Of a stretch of DNA of 64,000 nucleotides, positions 61,072 to 64,000 are shown piece by piece. The position numbers and the translations under genes were made by a program. Position 1 is the first letter of the stretch. The number at the start of each line of letters is the position of its first letter. This stretch comes from Heptranchias perlo (Eukaryota): positions 21,638,001 through 21,702,000 of the forward strand of contig NC_090328.1 of the NCBI RefSeq assembly GCF_035084215.1. Reading direction: 5' to 3'. The notes below the pieces were generated by a model that ran no database searches, was not told where the DNA came from, and saw only the letters and a list, made by a program, of their open reading frames with translations.

Positions 61072-63137
61072 ACATAAGGGATAGGTGCAGGGGTAGGCCA
61101 TACGGCCCCTTGAGCCTGCTCCGCCGTTCAGTCAGATCATGGCTGATCTTCGACCTCAACTCCACTTTCCCGCCCGATCCCCATATCCCTTGATTCCCCT
61201 AGAGTCCAAAAATCTATCCATCTTGGCTTTGAATGTATTCAATGACTCGGCATCCACAGCCCTCGGGTAGAGAATTCCAAAGATTCACACTCCTCTGCGT
61301 TAAGAAATTCTTCCTCATCTCAGTCTTGAATGGCGGACCCTATATCCTGCAATTATGCCCCCTAGTTCTAGACTCTAGCCAGGGGAAACAATCTCTCAGC
61401 ATCTACCCTGTCAAGCCCCCTCATAATCTTAAATGCTTCAATGAGATCACCTCTCATTCTTCTGAACTCCAGAGAGTATAGGCCCATTCTACTCAATCTC
61501 TCTTCATAGGACAACCCTCTCATCCCAGGAATTAATCTAGTGAACCTTTGTTGCACCGCCTCTAAGGCAAGTATATCCTTCCTTAGATAAGGAGACCAAA
61601 ACTGTACGCAGTACTCCAGGTGAGGTCTCACTAAAGCCCTGTACAACTATAGTAAGACTTCCTTTCTCTTATACTCCAACCCCCTTACCATAAAGGCCAA
61701 CATGCCATTTGCCTTCCTAATTGCTTGCTGTACCTGCATACTAACTTTTTGTGTTTCTTGTTCGAGGACACCCAAGTCTCTCTGAACACCAACATTTAAT
61801 AGTTTCTCACCAGATAAAAAATATTCTGTTTTTCTATTGTTCCTACCAAAGTGAATAACCTCACATTTCCCCACATTATACCTCATCTGCCACCTTCTTG
61901 CCCACTCACTTAATCTGTCTACATCCGTTTGCAGGCTCTTTGTGTCCTCCTCACAGCTTACTTTCCCACCTAGCTTTGTATCGTCAGCAAACTTGGATAC
62001 GTTACACTCAGTCCCTTCATCTAAAGTCATTAATATAGATTGTAAATATCTGAGGCCCAAGCACCGATCCTTGCGGCACCCCACTAGTTATAGCTTGCCA
62101 ACCTGAGAATGACCCATTTATCCCTACACTCTGTTTTCTGTCCGTTAACCAATCCTCTATCCATGCTAATATATTACCCCCAACCCCATGAGCCCTTACC
62201 TAGTGTAATAACCTTTTATGTGGCACCTTATCGAATGCCTTTTGAAAATCCAAATATACTACATCCACTGGTTCTCCTTTATCTCGTTAACATTCTCAAA
62301 AAAACTCTAATAAATTTGTCAAAGATGATTTCCCTTTCATAAAACCATGTTGACTCTGCCTAATTATATTATGATCTAAGTGCCCTGTTACCACTTCCTT
62401 AATAATGGATTCCAGCATTTTCCCAACGACCGATATCAGGCTAACTGACCTGTAGTTCCCTGTTTTCTCTCTCCCTCCCTTCTTGAATAGCGGGGTAACA
62501 TTTGCTACTTTCCGATTCACTGGGACCGTTCCAGAATCTAGAGAATTCTGGAAGATGGTAACCAATGCATTTACTATCTCTGCAGCCACCTCTTTTAGAA
62601 CCCTAGGGAGTAGGCCATCATGTCCAGGGGATTTATCGGCTTTTAGTCCAGTTAGTTTCTCCAGTACTTCTTCTCTACTGATATTAATTACTTTAAGTTC
62701 CTCACTCTCATTTACCCCTTGGTTCCCCATTATTTTTGGTATGCTTTTTGTGTCTTCTACTGTGAAGACAGATACAAAATATTTGTTTAACTGCCATTTC
62801 CTGATTCCCCATTATAATTTCTCCTGTCTCAGCCTCAAAGGGATCAACGTTTACTTCTACTCTCTTCCTTTTTACATACTTATAGAAACTCTTACAATCC
62901 GTTTTTATATTTCTTGCTAGTTTACTTTCATATTCTATTTTCTCCCTTTTTATCAATTTATTGGTCCTTTGGTTTCTAAAACTCTCCCAATCCTCTACTT
63001 ATTACTCTTCTTGGCAACATTATATGCCTCTTCTTTCAATCTAATACTCTCCTTAACTTCTTTAGTTAGCCACAAGTGGATGACTTTTCCCGTGGAGTTT
63101 TTATTTCTCAATGGAATGTATATTTGTTGAGAATTTT
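61072..63137 (-). mobile_element. CR1 LINE, ~2 kb, in CDKN2AIP intron 2
   Basis: KSPG-DG...NVTPLFKKG...QHGF...FADD...HLEYCVQFWSP across frameshifted ORFs. Confidence 0.95.
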
Positions 63138-64000
63138 AGGAAGCTTACAACACCAGAAGGAGGAAACTCTTAACTCATCTGTCTGAGCTGGATTCAAGTA
63201 GCTCTTTCAGATAAGACAAATAAATGTTATCCGGTCTCCCTAGTGCTAAGTTTTCAACTTCATTTTGGCTCTCTTTCAATTACTGATAAACTAGTCAAAT
63301 TCCTGCTAAAGAATCTCATTTACAATAAAATAGAAAAACAGCAAACCACACAAGGAACGCATGAAGTATTAAATTCCTCACTCACAAACAGTAAATGTAC
63401 GTATTGGCTATATAGAAACTTAGAATTTTGCTTAAATTGGATCTGAATAAAATTAACTAAAATAAAAAGTTTTCACAGTGGAGAATGGGCGGAAAGATTC
63501 CAGTAGTGTTTCAGAACCATCAGAAAATGGAATTTTGCAGTTTCATTCCCTTTAATTCCAGCCTCTATCTTCTGACATTTCTGTCGACTGAGTGCCAGCC
63601 ACTCTTGAGCCAAATGCCAGGACGTCTCTTGCTTTTTCTTTTTTGTTTTCATTTTTTGAGGAAAAAGAGAGTACTTTGCCTCACTATCAGCTGCCTTTAC
63701 CAGAAGTTTTCCATTTAACCCTAGCTTTATTTATTAGTAATCATAATCATATGATGTAGCACATATACTGTACTACACAATATGATTTTTAAAAAAACCT
63801 TGACGTAACCATACATTTGACTATTAGACCGAGTAAAATGTAGCTGAGAAAATAACGGTTTGAATATCAATGAATGATCTTGTAAAGGCATCTCCCATTT
63901 ACTTCAATGACAGTAATTTCGTAAGTTAAATTATAAGGGCTGGAGTTGCTAAAATGTTTAAAATGTCACCTATTCGGATGTGTGCTGCAGGTAAAGTTTG

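Noticed and set aside
63985-64000. Possible start of CDKN2AIP exon 3 after ctgcag at 63990
   Set aside because: Only 10 nt visible, weak pyrimidine tract, and it equally resembles a donor; cannot be supported.

Overview
Vertebrate genomic DNA. The repeat landscape (CR1 and L2 LINEs, ancient tRNA-SINEs, Penelope remnants) suggests a cartilaginous fish, probably a shark; this is an inference. The + strand holds the last 15 coding exons of WWC2 (3640-47341, ending in the PDZ-binding motif ADDV*), an inferred ~4.5 kb 3'UTR, and the first two coding exons of CDKN2AIP/CARF (56996-59756). This matches the human WWC2-CDKN2AIP synteny, but no claudin ORF is visible between the genes. Three things stand out. 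(1) Small, young, TSD-flanked, near-perfect ~100-bp inverted-repeat insertions (6831-7071, 17886-18105, 40005-40243) carry a minimal Penelope-type hammerhead ribozyme motif in each arm, with stem II covarying between copies; a second family of the same design is at 52903-53119. (2) A 29-copy, 34-bp GC-rich array lies just upstream of the CDKN2AIP start, and its unit resembles an extended CTCF site (TGCAGTTCC + 7 nt + core). (3) There is a decayed two-gene PIF/Harbinger transposon, a three-level nested insertion and inverted young CR1 pairs inside the WWC2 pre-mRNA. Gene and repeat-family names come from recalled sequence similarity; no database search was run.
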